From NCBI GenBank assembly GCA_965218095.1, contig OZ244587.1:2080001-2144000 (forward strand): a stretch of 64,000 nucleotides of DNA, read 5' to 3'. This document shows, piece after piece, positions 10,564 to 21,726 of the stretch (positions are counted from its first letter, which is position 1; every line of letters starts with the position of its first letter). Position numbers and translations under genes: made by a program. The notes under the pieces were generated by a model. It did no database searches. It was not told the origin of the DNA and saw nothing but the letters and a program-made list of their open reading frames with translations. Origin of the DNA: Candidatus Poribacteria bacterium. Its GTDB lineage: Bacteria; Poribacteria; WGA-4E; PCPOR2b.

Positions 10564-12507
10564 CTACTTTCGCCCTTCGACGAGTGAATCGACAACTGCT
10601 GGTTCAGCAAGCGTTGAGGTGTCTCCGAGATCGTCAAGTTCTCCTTCAGCGATTTTCCGAAGGATACGCCGCATAATTTTGCCGGAGCGGGTTTTGGGGA
10701 GTGCAGGCGCGAACTGAATCTTGTCCGGCGTCGCATGGGGACCGATATGCTGACGCACCACACCCTTGATGCCGGTTTCGATGTCATCTGAAGGCGACAC
10801 ACCACTCATCAGTGTGACATAGGCGTAGATACCCTGTCCCTTAATCTCGTGTGGGTAGCCGACAACGGCTGCTTCAGCGACCGTTTCATGCTGCCCGATG
10901 GCTCCCTCGACTTCGGCTGTACCCAGGCGGTGTCCAGAGATATTCAGCACATCATCAACACGCCCGGTAATCCAGTAGTAGCCATCTTCGTCGCGCAACG
11001 TGCCATCGCCGGTCATGTAGTAGCCGGGGAAGCGATCGAAATAGGTTTCGCGGAAGCGTTCGTGGTTGCCGTAAACGGTTCGCATTACGCCGGGCCAAGC
11101 AGTCTTGATACATAGGTATCCGCGTGCCGGGTTGCCCTCCACCTCTTTTCCTTCTTCGTCTAGAATAACAGGTTCTATTCCAAAGAAGGGGAGTGTTGCG
11201 GAACCGGGTTTCAGTGGCGTTGCTCCCGGTAACGGCGTCATCAAAATGCCGCCGGTCTCTGTTTGCCACCATGTATCAACAATTGGGCATCGTCCATCTC
11301 CCACGATGTTATAGTACCAGAGCCATTCGGGTTCTTTGATCGGTTCACCGACGGTGCCGAGCAGTCTCAGGGTGGATCGGCTATGTTTCGTGACCCAATC
11401 ATTTCCTTCCTTCATCAAGGCACGTAAGGCGGTTGGCGCGGTATAGAAGAGATTGACTTGGTGCTTGTCGATTACCTGCCAGTAACGCCCAAAATCAGGA
11501 TATGTTGGGATGCTTTCAAACATGAGAGTAATCGCGCGGTTTGAAAGGGGGCCGTACACAATATAAGAATGTCCGGTGATCCAACCGATGTCAGCCGCAC
11601 AGAAGTAAACATCCCCTTCATGATAGTCAAAAATCATCTCGTGGGTGAACGATGTATAAACGAGATAGCCGCCGGTTGTGTGAAGCACCCCTTTGGGTTG
11701 CCCCGTTGAGCCGGAAGTATAAAGGATAAACAGCGGATCTTCGGCATCCATCTCCTCCGGCGGGCACTCATCGTCGGCGGTTGCCATCGCTTCATGCCAC
11801 CACACATCGCGTGAGGGATCGAAATCAACAGGATCGCCGGTGCGACGAACAACGATGACACCTTCAATTGAGGGGCATTCGACCACCGCTGCGTCGCCGT
11901 TGGCTTTCATAGGGATGCCGCTGCGGTCTCCACGAAATGCGGTGTCTTGCGTGATCAACAACTTGCACTCAGAATCGTTGATGCGATCGCGCAGAGAATC
12001 GGCTGAAAATGCGCCGAATACAACGGAATGGACGGCACCGATACGTGCACATGCCAACATGGCAATCGTCAACTCTGGGACCATCTGCAGATAGATACAG
12101 ACACGGTCGCCTTTACGGACGCCTTGCGCCTTGAGGACGTTGGCAAAGCGTTTGACCTGCTCCAACAACTCGCTGTAAGTGAAGGTCTTATCCTCGTCGG
12201 GACTGTTGCCCTCCCAAATGATTGCGGTCACATCGCCGTGTCTCGCTTCCACATGTCGGTCAAGACAATTATAGCAGGCGTTCAACTTTCCGCCATCAAA
12301 CCATTTGATGTTGGCGTTCACAAAGTCATACTCTCGGACGGTGTCCCACTTCTTATACCATGTAATGCGTTCAGCGACATTTGACCAGAAACTTTCTGGA
12401 TCTGCCACTGATTCATCGTACATTTTTTGATATTGCTCCATGCTGCTTATATGTGCAGCGGAGATTGGGTAATTTGTATTTTCTGGTGGAAATATCTTGG
12501 CTGCCAT
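10564..12507 (-). CDS. acs: Acetyl-CoA synthetase
   Basis: [33 protein letters not shown]; start MAAK after AAGGAG. Confidence 0.95.
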   Translation of the reverse strand: MAAKIFPPENTNYPISAAHISSMEQYQKMYDESVADPESFWSNVAERITWYKKWDTVREYDFVNANIKWFDGGKLNACYNCLDRHVEARHGDVTAIIWEGNSPDEDKTFTYSELLEQVKRFANVLKAQGVRKGDRVCIYLQMVPELTIAMLACARIGAVHSVVFGAFSADSLRDRINDSECKLLITQDTAFRGDRSGIPMKANGDAAVVECPSIEGVIVVRRTGDPVDFDPSRDVWWHEAMATADDECPPEEMDAEDPLFILYTSGSTGQPKGVLHTTGGYLVYTSFTHEMIFDYHEGDVYFCAADIGWITGHSYIVYGPLSNRAITLMFESIPTYPDFGRYWQVIDKHQVNLFYTAPTALRALMKEGNDWVTKHSRSTLRLLGTVGEPIKEPEWLWYYNIVGDGRCPIVDTWWQTETGGILMTPLPGATPLKPGSATLPFFGIEPVILDEEGKEVEGNPARGYLCIKTAWPGVMRTVYGNHERFRETYFDRFPGYYMTGDGTLRDEDGYYWITGRVDDVLNISGHRLGTAEVEGAIGQHETVAEAAVVGYPHEIKGQGIYAYVTLMSGVSPSDDIETGIKGVVRQHIGPHATPDKIQFAPALPKTRSGKIMRRILRKIAEGELDDLGDTSTLAEPAVVDSLVEGRK

Positions 12508-12910
12508 AAAATTCTCCTTAGAAGTTTGCAATCAAGCAGATGCGCTGACAGAAGTTTTGAAATGTTTGCGAATTTCCTTTATTATAAACAAAAATATGAT
12601 GTTGTCAATCAAAAACAAGTGATGTTACTCGTAGACCTCTCTTCAATGTCCAACGGCAAGGATATGATAATTGTGACATAGATCGGAATTTGATATTTCA
12701 TAGCAGTGGGAATCACCTTTCTTATCGGACATTATTCTGCCATTCAACAACCAGATGCCAAACCGAGGATAACCAGTAACAATAAAATAATAAAAACAAT
12801 CAAACAACCTGTCCTGTCCGCTTCACATGCTTGATAGGCATCCCATGAACCGTGCCGAGCGATGATCCGTTCATACTCACCATAAGTTACACCAAACCTT
12901 TGTAAGTAGC

Positions 12911-14017
12911 TGAGGGGTGCTCATAAGTAGACTTGAGTCAGGATAACGGTTATAATCTAATCTAACGTGCAAGAAAGAGAGGATTATAACATGGGTTATC
13001 CTGACAGTACGTATTATATCACATTTTTGTTTGAACAACTTGACCATTTCAACGCTTCCAGCCATGCACCGCCACCTGAGAGCCATGGACGTCCGAAATC
13101 GTATACAGACGACTGCTTGATTGTCCTTTTTGCCATCTTAACGCTCAAAGGCCTCCATCGCTTTAAGGCACAACACAGATGGCTCAAGCTACACCCGCAG
13201 TGGCTGTGTCGTCTTAAACTGGCATGTGTTCCGTCTCGGGCAACCCTTTGCCGACGCTACAAACAACTCGCTTACCAGCTAGAGGCGTTCATCGGGTATC
13301 TCGGTGATGTGGGAATGACTTTGATACCTGACTCACCTCCAGAGGTGGTTTACCAAGACAAAAGTCTGTTTAAGGCAAAAGGAAGCGTCTGGCATCAGAA
13401 GGATAGAAATGCCAATCGCATCCCAACTGGCATCCGTGCCATTGACACAGACGCCAGTTGGTCAAAGAGTCACTATCACGGTTGGGTTTACGGCTATGGG
13501 CTTCATCTGACCGTCTCTATAGAGGGATTGCCTCGTATGAGTGCCATTGACACCGCGTGTGTGAGTGAAAAAGCCGTCCTTGACCGACAACTCGACACAC
13601 TGCTTGAACAGAACATCGGGTATTTAGTCGCTGATGCCGGCTATACCGACTTGAAACGTACCCAACACTTGGCGAACCAGGGACTGTTGCTAATCACTCC
13701 CGTCAGAGGCGCAAAGAGTCAGCGGGCACGGCGTTATGTTGAAGCGGTGAATCAATCGGCGCAGTTGCAGACCTATCAACACAAGCGCAAGGTTGCTATT
13801 GAACCTATCTTTGGATTGTTGAGCCAATTACTATCGACCCATACCAATCATAAGCAATTGCCGGTGAGTCGAAAAGCGAATGTCTCTACCTTTTTGATGC
13901 TGGGGGTGGTTTTACTGCAACTGGCTATGTTAGTCAATTCTATTTGGGGAAGACCCCTGAGAAATGTAACACATCTGATTACACTCTTTCGATAAGGGGA
14001 CTTATGAGCACCCCTCA
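12911..14017 (+). mobile_element. Insertion sequence (~1.1 kb) with perfect 18-bp TIRs
   Basis: TGAGGGGTGCTCATAAGT (12911-12928) and ACTTATGAGCACCCCTCA (14000-14017) flank a DDE transposase. Confidence 0.9.
12991..13995 (+). CDS. DDE transposase (DDE_Tnp_1; IS5/IS982-like)
   Basis: GRPKSY N-terminus, VPSRATLCRR, DTDASW..GWVYGYGLHL, LVADAGY, R..IEPIF. Confidence 0.85.
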   Translation: MGYPDSTYYITFLFEQLDHFNASSHAPPPESHGRPKSYTDDCLIVLFAILTLKGLHRFKAQHRWLKLHPQWLCRLKLACVPSRATLCRRYKQLAYQLEAFIGYLGDVGMTLIPDSPPEVVYQDKSLFKAKGSVWHQKDRNANRIPTGIRAIDTDASWSKSHYHGWVYGYGLHLTVSIEGLPRMSAIDTACVSEKAVLDRQLDTLLEQNIGYLVADAGYTDLKRTQHLANQGLLLITPVRGAKSQRARRYVEAVNQSAQLQTYQHKRKVAIEPIFGLLSQLLSTHTNHKQLPVSRKANVSTFLMLGVVLLQLAMLVNSIWGRPLRNVTHLITLFR

Positions 14018-14022
14018 CTTAA

Positions 14023-14643
14023 CTAAGCGAGTTCCGCGAGATGAAACGCCAAAGTGAACGGCTCGTCTTCTAAAGTTTGAGGAATTTTCTGCAATTCGGG
14101 GGCGTGTTTGATGAAATAGATCCACTTCTCTGTATCGGTTTCGAGCCCATCTACCGTCAGGGTGAATTTGGGCAACTCCACATAGACGAAGGTCAGTTTT
14201 TCTGTAAAGACTTTGTGTTTCTGACAATCCATCAGTTGGATGCGACGGAGATATTGGTCATCCTCGTCGAAAGTGAAGTTCAGAATCCCAACGCAGTAGA
14301 CAGCGTTTAATTGATAATTCCAATCCCCTTGCTCTGCTTGCTGGAAGATGGGGAACGTGGAGTAAAATAACGCCTAATCTTTAAAGTAACGCTGTCTAGT
14401 TTTTTGCATCTCGATGATGAACCACCACCCACTTTCATCGACACAATAGACATCGAAAATCCCCTTTCGCTCTTGCGGTGAGCGGAGACGTTGTTCGGTG
14501 GAAAGGAAGGTAAGTTCAACAATCGGGAAAGGGAGTTCTAAAAGGTCAAAGAGAAAGTGCTTGAGAACCGGTTTGCTTTCCTCCTCCCCGAAGAGTTTCT
14601 TGAACCCAAAATCGGTTGTCGGATCGATGTATTTCGTGAACAT
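14023..14643 (-). pseudogene. Rpn-family (PD-(D/E)XK) recombination-promoting nuclease pseudogene
   Basis: IDPTTDFGFKKLFG, FDVYC..FIIEMQ, YVELPKF..EKWIYF; in-frame TAG at 14374-14376 and 14023-14025; 3' end cut by the IS. Confidence 0.85.
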
Positions 14644-14684
14644 CTCAAATCCTCCTGATATTTCGTCATCGAAGGGTTCCATAT

Positions 14685-14752
14685 TGTCATTCTGTGTGCA
14701 GCGAAGAATCTCAGCAGGCACGATGAAATCCTTCGCAACGCTCAAGATAACG
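14685..14752. repeat. REP-like palindrome (GTCATTCTG..GCGAAGAATCT / ATCCTTCG..CTCAAGATAAC)
   Basis: Imperfect inverted repeat upstream of the Rpn pseudogene. Confidence 0.6.
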
Positions 14753-14925
14753 TACTTTAGGGGTATTTTAGCCACAATCCCAGCGAACGCCGGTTGAGTG
14801 GCCGAAGGCATATCGAAACCAATTGGGTGGCGAGACGCTTGGTCTTGATACACTTCACTACTGGACCGGCGCTCCCAGGATCAGATCTAAAAAGCGCGAG
14901 AAATTTACTCATAATTACTTACGTT

Positions 14926-15657
14926 TCACCCGATCATCTCTCGCATCCTGTCTGCGACCCAATTGACAGCGACATCAATCATTACCTGTCCCTTTTCCGC
15001 TGTCGCCAACTTCGCGTCATGATGATAGATGCGATCGCTTTCAGCCTGGTTCGGATCAGAGATCGTCAACCTGGCGCTATCATAGTCCACGCCCTCCCAA
15101 TCGACATTTTGAGGAAAAGCCGCCAGCGCAAACGCAGTCTCAAATTCTGCCGCGTGACCGGGGCATATGCTAGTCTCCATTTGCTCCTTGACAAGTTCCG
15201 GGGAGTAGGCCTCCCAATATGAGTGAAAATCAAGATTGATGCCGAGTCGTTCGCGGAAACCGTTCAACCGTTCATGAACGGGTCCGGCGTTACCGGCATG
15301 TCCATTGATAACCAGCACGTTTTCAACTCCGTGACGACGCAGGCTTTCCGCAACATCGTAAAGTACCTCTCCGAACACCTCAGCGCGGATGGTCAACGTT
15401 CCCTTGTGATCCATCCAGTGTTCCGAGACGCCAATCGCCAGTGGCGTGGTGACAATCACCTGCGGGAACAACTTTTGCGCAGCCAGCTTTGAGACGTGCA
15501 GTGTGCTCGCCGTATCGTGAATCATCGCCAGATGTTCGTTATGTTGCTCGGTACTGCCCGTTGGAATAATTGCGCCCTTGAGCGTTCCTGCATCAATGGC
15601 TTCGCGGACATATCGCCGTTGATTTTCCCATAACAGGACTGATTTGATTTGAGACAT
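14926..15657 (-). CDS. Creatininase-family protein
   Basis: PTGSTEQHNEHL..D, NGHAGN, GHAAEFET. Confidence 0.88.
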   Translation of the reverse strand: MSQIKSVLLWENQRRYVREAIDAGTLKGAIIPTGSTEQHNEHLAMIHDTASTLHVSKLAAQKLFPQVIVTTPLAIGVSEHWMDHKGTLTIRAEVFGEVLYDVAESLRRHGVENVLVINGHAGNAGPVHERLNGFRERLGINLDFHSYWEAYSPELVKEQMETSICPGHAAEFETAFALAAFPQNVDWEGVDYDSARLTISDPNQAESDRIYHHDAKLATAEKGQVMIDVAVNWVADRMREMIG

Positions 15658-16340
15658 TTTGGAACCTCCTGTTTAACTTGAATTTGTTCAAGCGGTTGAG
15701 TTATCAAAACAATAGAGCATACAACTTAGTAAGTCATGGGTAACACATGATGCGTAAGAAATATGCTGTGAGTGTTTGATCTGCCCCCGATAAATCGGGA
15801 TCGACCGACCTGACATTGACTTCCTAGATTCCGGACTGTGCATGCGGTTTCGCGCGGAGGTTTTCAGGCAGAATCTCATTCAGATCATAGGCAATTTGCG
15901 CAGCCCAAGCATTGTGGAAGGATTGAAACTCTACAAGATCTGTGATTTCTTGGCTGAGATGATCAAGAATTGGCATAGTATCTCCTAAAATTCTACTTTT
16001 CCTTCTCCAACACGCAACAAGAATAAGATGTGACGTACTTACTGCTCATTATAACCTGAATGAAATATAAATGCAACAGCCAACCAAACTGAAATCCGAA
16101 GGAAGTGAAGGGAATGTAAGGGATGGGTTTACAAGTTAATGAACTTGCGTATCGCGTTTTTGGGAAATTCCGTTGCGTCTTTCTGTCCATTTGTGCTATA
16201 CTATACGAGTTTAACCGATGTCAAAAGTGTTGACCTTAATATGGGATACGAATAGCGAGATTGAAAAAAGGAGGAACTGGTGAGTCAAATCTATCAAATC
16301 TAATGCGGTCATGTGGTTTTGAATAGAGCCAGTCACATTG

Positions 16341-18431
16341 ATGAACGAGGATGCAAAAAACGGACAAGAAACAACAGATCACCCGGCTGTCGAAGTTGAA
16401 ATTACCAACACGGTTGAAGCTGAGGAGAAATTAGGATCTTCCACAGCGAACCGAGATGAAAACGGATCGGAAGAACCCGTCCCGGTTTCTGATCAGGACA
16501 CTCGGAACGGAGTGGATGAAGAGCATCGCTCACAAGATGCGGAACAGGATGTGCAGGCAATCGAAGAAGAAGCAGTAGAGGAAAATGGGGAGGAAGTTAC
16601 CACACCGGGGATAGTTGAATCCGATGAAGCCCCGTCAACCGATGAAGCCGCTCCTGCTGATGAGCCCGTAGCGGCAGAGGCATCTACAGATGTAGCTGCG
16701 ACAACATCGGAGCTTGCGGAGATCGAATCCCTCGAAGAAGCCTATGACAATTCTCTCAGAGCTTTTGCGGAAGGGGAAATTGTTAAAGGAACCGTTATCA
16801 GTATCGACCGTGACGAAGTTATGGTTGATATTGGGTTCAAGTCGGAGGGTTATATTCCGGTCTCAGAATTTGAGGTTGACGAAAATGGGATGCCTTCTGT
16901 AAATGTCAGTGATAAGATCGACGTGTACATCGTCCGCAGAGAAGATGCTGAGGAACAGCTGATTTTATCCAAAGAGATCGCCGACCAGAAGCTCGTTTGG
17001 GACGAGATCGCCAGGGCTTACGAAGGAGACCAAATCGTTGAAGGGCAAATTATCCATCGTATCAAGGGCGGGCTTCAGGTGGATATTGGAAAATTACGTG
17101 CGTTCCTCCCTGCTTCTCAGATCGAGTTACGTCCCGTACAAAACTTCGATCAATATATTGGTCAGACGCTTGAGATGAAAGTTGTCAAACTCAGTAAGCG
17201 TCGCCGCAATATCGTTCTTTCACGTCGTGTAATTCTTGAAGAAGAGTTGGCCGCTCAAAAAATGGCGCTTCTTGAGACGCTTGAAGTCAGACAAGTTCGA
17301 TCTGGGGTCGTGAAAAGTATTACGACCTTTGGTGCATTTGTCGACCTTGGCGGTATTGATGGATTGCTCCACAAAACGGATATGTCGTGGAGCAGAATTA
17401 ATCATCCCTCCGAAGTTGTTGCTATTGGAGATCAAGTGGAGGTGATGGTTGTCGCCATCGACCGTGAAAACGAAAAAGTCTCTTTGGGCTTAAAACAGAA
17501 GACTCCCGATCCGTGGGAAACGGTTGAGGAGAAGTACTCTATTGGGTCCACCGTTAAAGGGAAAGTGGTCGGCATTGTCAACTACGGGGCATTTCTTGAA
17601 CTCGAAGAGGGGGTTGAGGGGCTCATCCATATATCAGAGATGTCTTGGACACGGCGAAATGTCGCACCGTCGAAGGCCGTCACGAAGGATGAAATCATCG
17701 AGGCAGTTGTTCTCGATATCGACAAGAAAAACCAGAAGCTCTCTCTTGGACTGAAGCAACTGCATCCGAATCCATGGGAGCTCTTGGAGACGAAATATCC
17801 TATTGGCACAAAAATCGTTGGTCGCGTGCGTAACCTCACGCATTTTGGCGCCTTCGTCGAGATTGAAGAGGGAATCGATGGCTTGATTCATGTCTCTGAT
17901 CTCTCTTGGCTCAAGCGAGTTGTTGATCCGCGTGAGGTCCTCAAAGAAGGCGATGAAGTCGAAGTCATGGTTTTAAGCATTGATCCAACGAAGCAGAAGA
18001 TTTCATTAGGACTCAAACAGATCGAACCGGATCCATGGATACAGGTTCCCAACAAGTACAAGATTGGATCCATCGTCCGTGGGAAAATCATGAACCTGAC
18101 GAGTTTCGGCGTATTCGCACAACTCGAAGATGAAATTGAAGGGTTAATCCATATTTCCGAACTTGCTGAACGCCGCATTGAAAAGGCGGAAGAAATTGTT
18201 TCGATTGGCGATGAATTGGATCTGAAAGTGATTCACCTGGATCCAACTGAACGTCGAATCGGTCTGAGCTTAAAAGCGGCGCAGGCTGAACAAGAACGTG
18301 CCACCGCCACTCAGTATCAACAAAAACAACAGGATCGCTTCCAGCGTCAACGTGAAGAACAGGAGGAATTGACAGCGTTTGGAGGATTGCTAAAGGAAGA
18401 ACTTAATAAGTCGAATTCGGAAGAAAGCTGA
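16341..18431 (+). CDS. rpsA: 30S ribosomal protein S1 with long acidic N-terminal extension
   Basis: Six S1 repeats (DIGFKSEG, FGAFVDLGGIDGLLH, EGLIHISE); ~130-aa Glu/Ala-rich N-terminus; start uncertain. Confidence 0.93.
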   Translation: MNEDAKNGQETTDHPAVEVEITNTVEAEEKLGSSTANRDENGSEEPVPVSDQDTRNGVDEEHRSQDAEQDVQAIEEEAVEENGEEVTTPGIVESDEAPSTDEAAPADEPVAAEASTDVAATTSELAEIESLEEAYDNSLRAFAEGEIVKGTVISIDRDEVMVDIGFKSEGYIPVSEFEVDENGMPSVNVSDKIDVYIVRREDAEEQLILSKEIADQKLVWDEIARAYEGDQIVEGQIIHRIKGGLQVDIGKLRAFLPASQIELRPVQNFDQYIGQTLEMKVVKLSKRRRNIVLSRRVILEEELAAQKMALLETLEVRQVRSGVVKSITTFGAFVDLGGIDGLLHKTDMSWSRINHPSEVVAIGDQVEVMVVAIDRENEKVSLGLKQKTPDPWETVEEKYSIGSTVKGKVVGIVNYGAFLELEEGVEGLIHISEMSWTRRNVAPSKAVTKDEIIEAVVLDIDKKNQKLSLGLKQLHPNPWELLETKYPIGTKIVGRVRNLTHFGAFVEIEEGIDGLIHVSDLSWLKRVVDPREVLKEGDEVEVMVLSIDPTKQKISLGLKQIEPDPWIQVPNKYKIGSIVRGKIMNLTSFGVFAQLEDEIEGLIHISELAERRIEKAEEIVSIGDELDLKVIHLDPTERRIGLSLKAAQAEQERATATQYQQKQQDRFQRQREEQEELTAFGGLLKEELNKSNSEES

Positions 18432-18445
18432 AACTTGACCCTGGA

Positions 18446-18482
18446 ATTGTCTCCTCTCTCGATAGAGGGGGCAATTATTTTC
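18446..18482 (+). terminator. Probable intrinsic terminator of rpsA
   Basis: AATTGTCTCCTCT / AGAGGGGGCAATT hairpin followed by ATTTT. Confidence 0.55.
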
Positions 18483-19076
18483 ACATTTTGGTTGCAAAGT
18501 TTTCCATTCGTTCTATTGTCTTATGGACTGTTTCTCAACATGTGGTTTCACAGGAGCCGGTACTTAGCAGAGATGTGATATGTGAGTGGTAATTGGTGAG
18601 TGGTGACCACTCACCACTTTACCATTCGCGGATTCTTGATGTCTTCGCGTTTTTGGGAGGCATGCTGCATTCTTAAATAAACTGTTGAGAATACACTTGC
18701 GAGAAACTGTACAGTCCCGCCCCCGATAAATCGGGACGAAAGCTTGAGCCATTGCGGAGTGTCATTCCTGAATCCGTTTGTATCTTTCCAGATTATATCT
18801 TACCTCTATCCTTTCCTGTTGCTTTAATCTTTTCGCAAAATCCCGAATTTGTTTACAAGGAATCGCATTGTAGAAGTTGTCACATGTATGTGCAATGAAA
18901 AGGCAGTTTTTTTGTGCTCAACATCATGAACGACTTTTTACGTGCCCCGATAAGATCGGGATTGAAACTTCTTTAGAGCGCGTGTGAGAAATCCTGCGCA
19001 GAGAACCATTTTTCACACACCCTCTTAGTCCCGATGCGCAAAAATTTATCTATAACTGAATATCAGGAGAAATCAA

Positions 19077-20225
19077 TTGGCTAGAAACTTTGTATTCACA
19101 TCTGAATCCGTAACTGAAGGACACCCCGATAAACTTGCAGATCAGATCTCTGATGCTGTGCTTGATGCTATCATGGCGGAAGATCCAATGGGTCGCGTCG
19201 CTTGCGAAACGTTAGTGACAACGGGGCTTGCACTCATCACAGGTGAAGTCACGACCCACGCAAATTTCATCGATATTCCCGGGCTTGTACGTAACACTAT
19301 CCGACAGGTTGGCTACACCGATGCCTCCTATGGGTTTGACTATGAGCATTGCGCTCTGCTAACTGCAATCGATGAGCAATCCCCGGATATTGCGATGGGT
19401 GTTGATCGGCTTGGCGCCGGTGATCAAGGTATGATGTTCGGCTATGCCTGCCGCGAAACGCCGGAGCTGATGCCGATGCCGATTATGTTGGCGCATAAAC
19501 TGACGCACCGTCTCGCCCAATTGCGGAAAGAAGGGGTATTAGACTTCCTTCGCCCTGATGGCAAATCGCAGGTCACGGTTGAGTACGTCGATGGACAACC
19601 TGAGAATGTCACGACCGTTGTTATCTCGACCCAACACGACCCAGACGTTACCAATGAAGAACTGAGAGAAGCTGTGATCGAGGAGATTATCAAATTCGTG
19701 ATCCCTGATGAGTTGCGCCACCCGGATATCATATACCATGTCAACCCGACAGGACGATTTGTTGTTGGTGGGCCACAAGGAGACGCGGGTTTAACTGGCA
19801 GAAAGATCATCGCTGATACTTACGGTGGCATGGGCAGACACGGTGGCGGTGCATTCTCTGGCAAAGATCCGACGAAAGTGGATCGGAGCGCGGCGTATGC
19901 AGCAAGGCACGTTGCGAAAAACATCGTTGCTGCTGGTTTGGCGGATCGATGTGAAGTCCAACTCTCTTATGCCATCGGTCTCGCTAAACCGATCTCAATC
20001 ATGCTGGAGACTTTCGGTACAGGTGTGATCCTTGATGAAAAACTGGCGCAGCTTGTGGACAAGCTTTTCGATCTGGAACCAGCTAGGATTATCGAACGCC
20101 TTGAGCTCCGGAAGCCGATTTACTCAGCAACAGCGGCTTATGGGCATTTCGGACGTGAGGAGCCGGGTTTCACATGGGAATTGACAGATTATGCAGACTT
20201 GCTGAAATCAGAAGTCGGTGTGTAG
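19077..20225 (+). CDS. metK: S-adenosylmethionine synthetase
   Basis: [35 protein letters not shown]; TTG start after AGGAG. Confidence 0.97.
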   Translation: MARNFVFTSESVTEGHPDKLADQISDAVLDAIMAEDPMGRVACETLVTTGLALITGEVTTHANFIDIPGLVRNTIRQVGYTDASYGFDYEHCALLTAIDEQSPDIAMGVDRLGAGDQGMMFGYACRETPELMPMPIMLAHKLTHRLAQLRKEGVLDFLRPDGKSQVTVEYVDGQPENVTTVVISTQHDPDVTNEELREAVIEEIIKFVIPDELRHPDIIYHVNPTGRFVVGGPQGDAGLTGRKIIADTYGGMGRHGGGAFSGKDPTKVDRSAAYAARHVAKNIVAAGLADRCEVQLSYAIGLAKPISIMLETFGTGVILDEKLAQLVDKLFDLEPARIIERLELRKPIYSATAAYGHFGREEPGFTWELTDYADLLKSEVGV

Positions 20226-20253
20226 CACGATACGCGCTAACAAAGGAGAATTG

Positions 20254-21516
20254 ATGAACCACGACATTAAAAACCGAGAGCTCGCAGAAGATGGAAAGCG
20301 GCGAATTGATTGGGCGGATCGCTTTATGCCTGTCCTCCGTCTGATTCGCCAGCGGTTTGAGCAGGAACGTCCACTCAATGGCGTGCGGCTGTCCGCGTGT
20401 TTGCATGTCACGACAGAAACGGCGAACCTGGTGCGTGCCTTGAAGGCAGGCGGTGCAGAAGTTGTTTTGTGTGCTTCCAATCCGTTGAGCACCCAGGACG
20501 ACGTTGCGGCGTCTCTTGTCATGCATGAGGGAATCCCCATTTTCGCAATCAAGGGCGAGGACACTGAAACCTACTACCAACATCTCGATGAAGCGGTCAA
20601 TTTTCAACCGATGATGACGATGGATGATGGGGCGGATCTGGTCTCTCGGCTCCACTCTGAAGAGGCGAACCCTGCCTTTGTCGAAAACGTGCTTGCAGGT
20701 ACGGAGGAGACAACAACGGGGGTTATCCGACTCAAGAGTATGGCAGCCGAAGGGGTGCTTCGGTATCCAATCATTGCCGTAAACGACGCCAAGACCAAGC
20801 ACTTCTTTGATAATCGCTACGGTACGGGTCAAAGTACGCTAGACGGTATCATTCGCGCGACCAATTTGTTGATCGCCGGGACGACTATCGCCGTCGCGGG
20901 CTACGGGTGGTGTGGACGCGGTTTTGCCAGTCGGGCGCGGGGGTTGGGGGCGAATGTCATTGTCACGGAAGTCGATCCGTTGAGCGCGTTGGAAGCAGTG
21001 ATGGACGGCTTCCGCGTCTTGCCGATGATTAAAGCTGTCGCCGAAGCCGATCTCGTCGTTACGCTGACGGGCGATATTCATGTGTTGCGCCGCGAGCACT
21101 TTGAAGCGATGAAGGATGGCGCGATTATTTGTAATTCGGGGCATTTCAATGTCGAAATTAACATCCCCGATCTCAAAGATTTAAGCACCGAGGTGAGAAC
21201 CACGCGAGAGTTTGTCGAGGAATATTCCCTCAAGGATGGGCGCAAGCTCTACCTGCTCGGCGAAGGAAGGCTGATAAATCTCGTTTCGGCGGAGGGGCAC
21301 CCCGCTAGTGTCATGGATATGAGTTTCGCTAATCAGGCGCTGTCTGCGGAGTACGTTGTTAAAAACCATCAACAGATGGAAAATCGTGTTTATGACGTGC
21401 CGGAAGAACTGGATGCCTCTATTGCAAAACTCAAATTGCAATCCATCGGCGTTGAAATTGATGAACTGACGGAAGAACAGCGGACTTATCTCAGTTCTTG
21501 GACGATGGGAACATAG
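20254..21516 (+). CDS. ahcY: Adenosylhomocysteinase
   Basis: [48 protein letters not shown]. Confidence 0.97.
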   Translation: MNHDIKNRELAEDGKRRIDWADRFMPVLRLIRQRFEQERPLNGVRLSACLHVTTETANLVRALKAGGAEVVLCASNPLSTQDDVAASLVMHEGIPIFAIKGEDTETYYQHLDEAVNFQPMMTMDDGADLVSRLHSEEANPAFVENVLAGTEETTTGVIRLKSMAAEGVLRYPIIAVNDAKTKHFFDNRYGTGQSTLDGIIRATNLLIAGTTIAVAGYGWCGRGFASRARGLGANVIVTEVDPLSALEAVMDGFRVLPMIKAVAEADLVVTLTGDIHVLRREHFEAMKDGAIICNSGHFNVEINIPDLKDLSTEVRTTREFVEEYSLKDGRKLYLLGEGRLINLVSAEGHPASVMDMSFANQALSAEYVVKNHQQMENRVYDVPEELDASIAKLKLQSIGVEIDELTEEQRTYLSSWTMGT

Positions 21517-21537
21517 CGTAAAACGTAAGATGCCACC

Positions 21538-21726
21538 GTTTCAATCTTATAAGGGTTTGGTTCGGCGTTGCAACTTACCCAGGCCGTCAACTGTGATGTG
21601 AATTTTTGTACTGGTTTCAATCTTATAAGGGTTTGGTTCGGCGTTGCAACCCCGGCAGTTCTAATGACCGTGCGAACAAACTTGTTACCGTTTCAATCTT
21701 ATAAGGGTTTGGTTCGGCGTTGCAAC
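21538..21726. CRISPR. Mini CRISPR array: 3 identical 37-bp repeats, 2 spacers of 39 bp
   Basis: Repeat GTTTCAATCTTATAAGGGTTTGGTTCGGCGTTGCAAC at 21538-21574, 21614-21650, 21690-21726; spacers TTACCCAGGCCGTCAACTGTGATGTGAATTTTTGTACTG and CCCGGCAGTTCTAATGACCGTGCGAACAAACTTGTTACC; reverse complement ends ATTGAAAC. Confidence 0.92.

Noticed and set aside
14644-14853. N-terminal extension of ORF 14374-14853 (VILSVAKD..EILRCTQND)
   Set aside because: Translation of a REP-like palindrome; the true start is ATG 14643 after GGAGG.
18480-19076. Possible SAM riboswitch upstream of metK
   Set aside because: No SAM-I consensus elements recognised; the region holds heptamer repeats and REP-like palindromes. 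A covariance-model search would be needed to exclude other classes.
21575-21689. Self-targeting of spacers within the window
   Set aside because: No match noticed by eye; not exhaustively searched.
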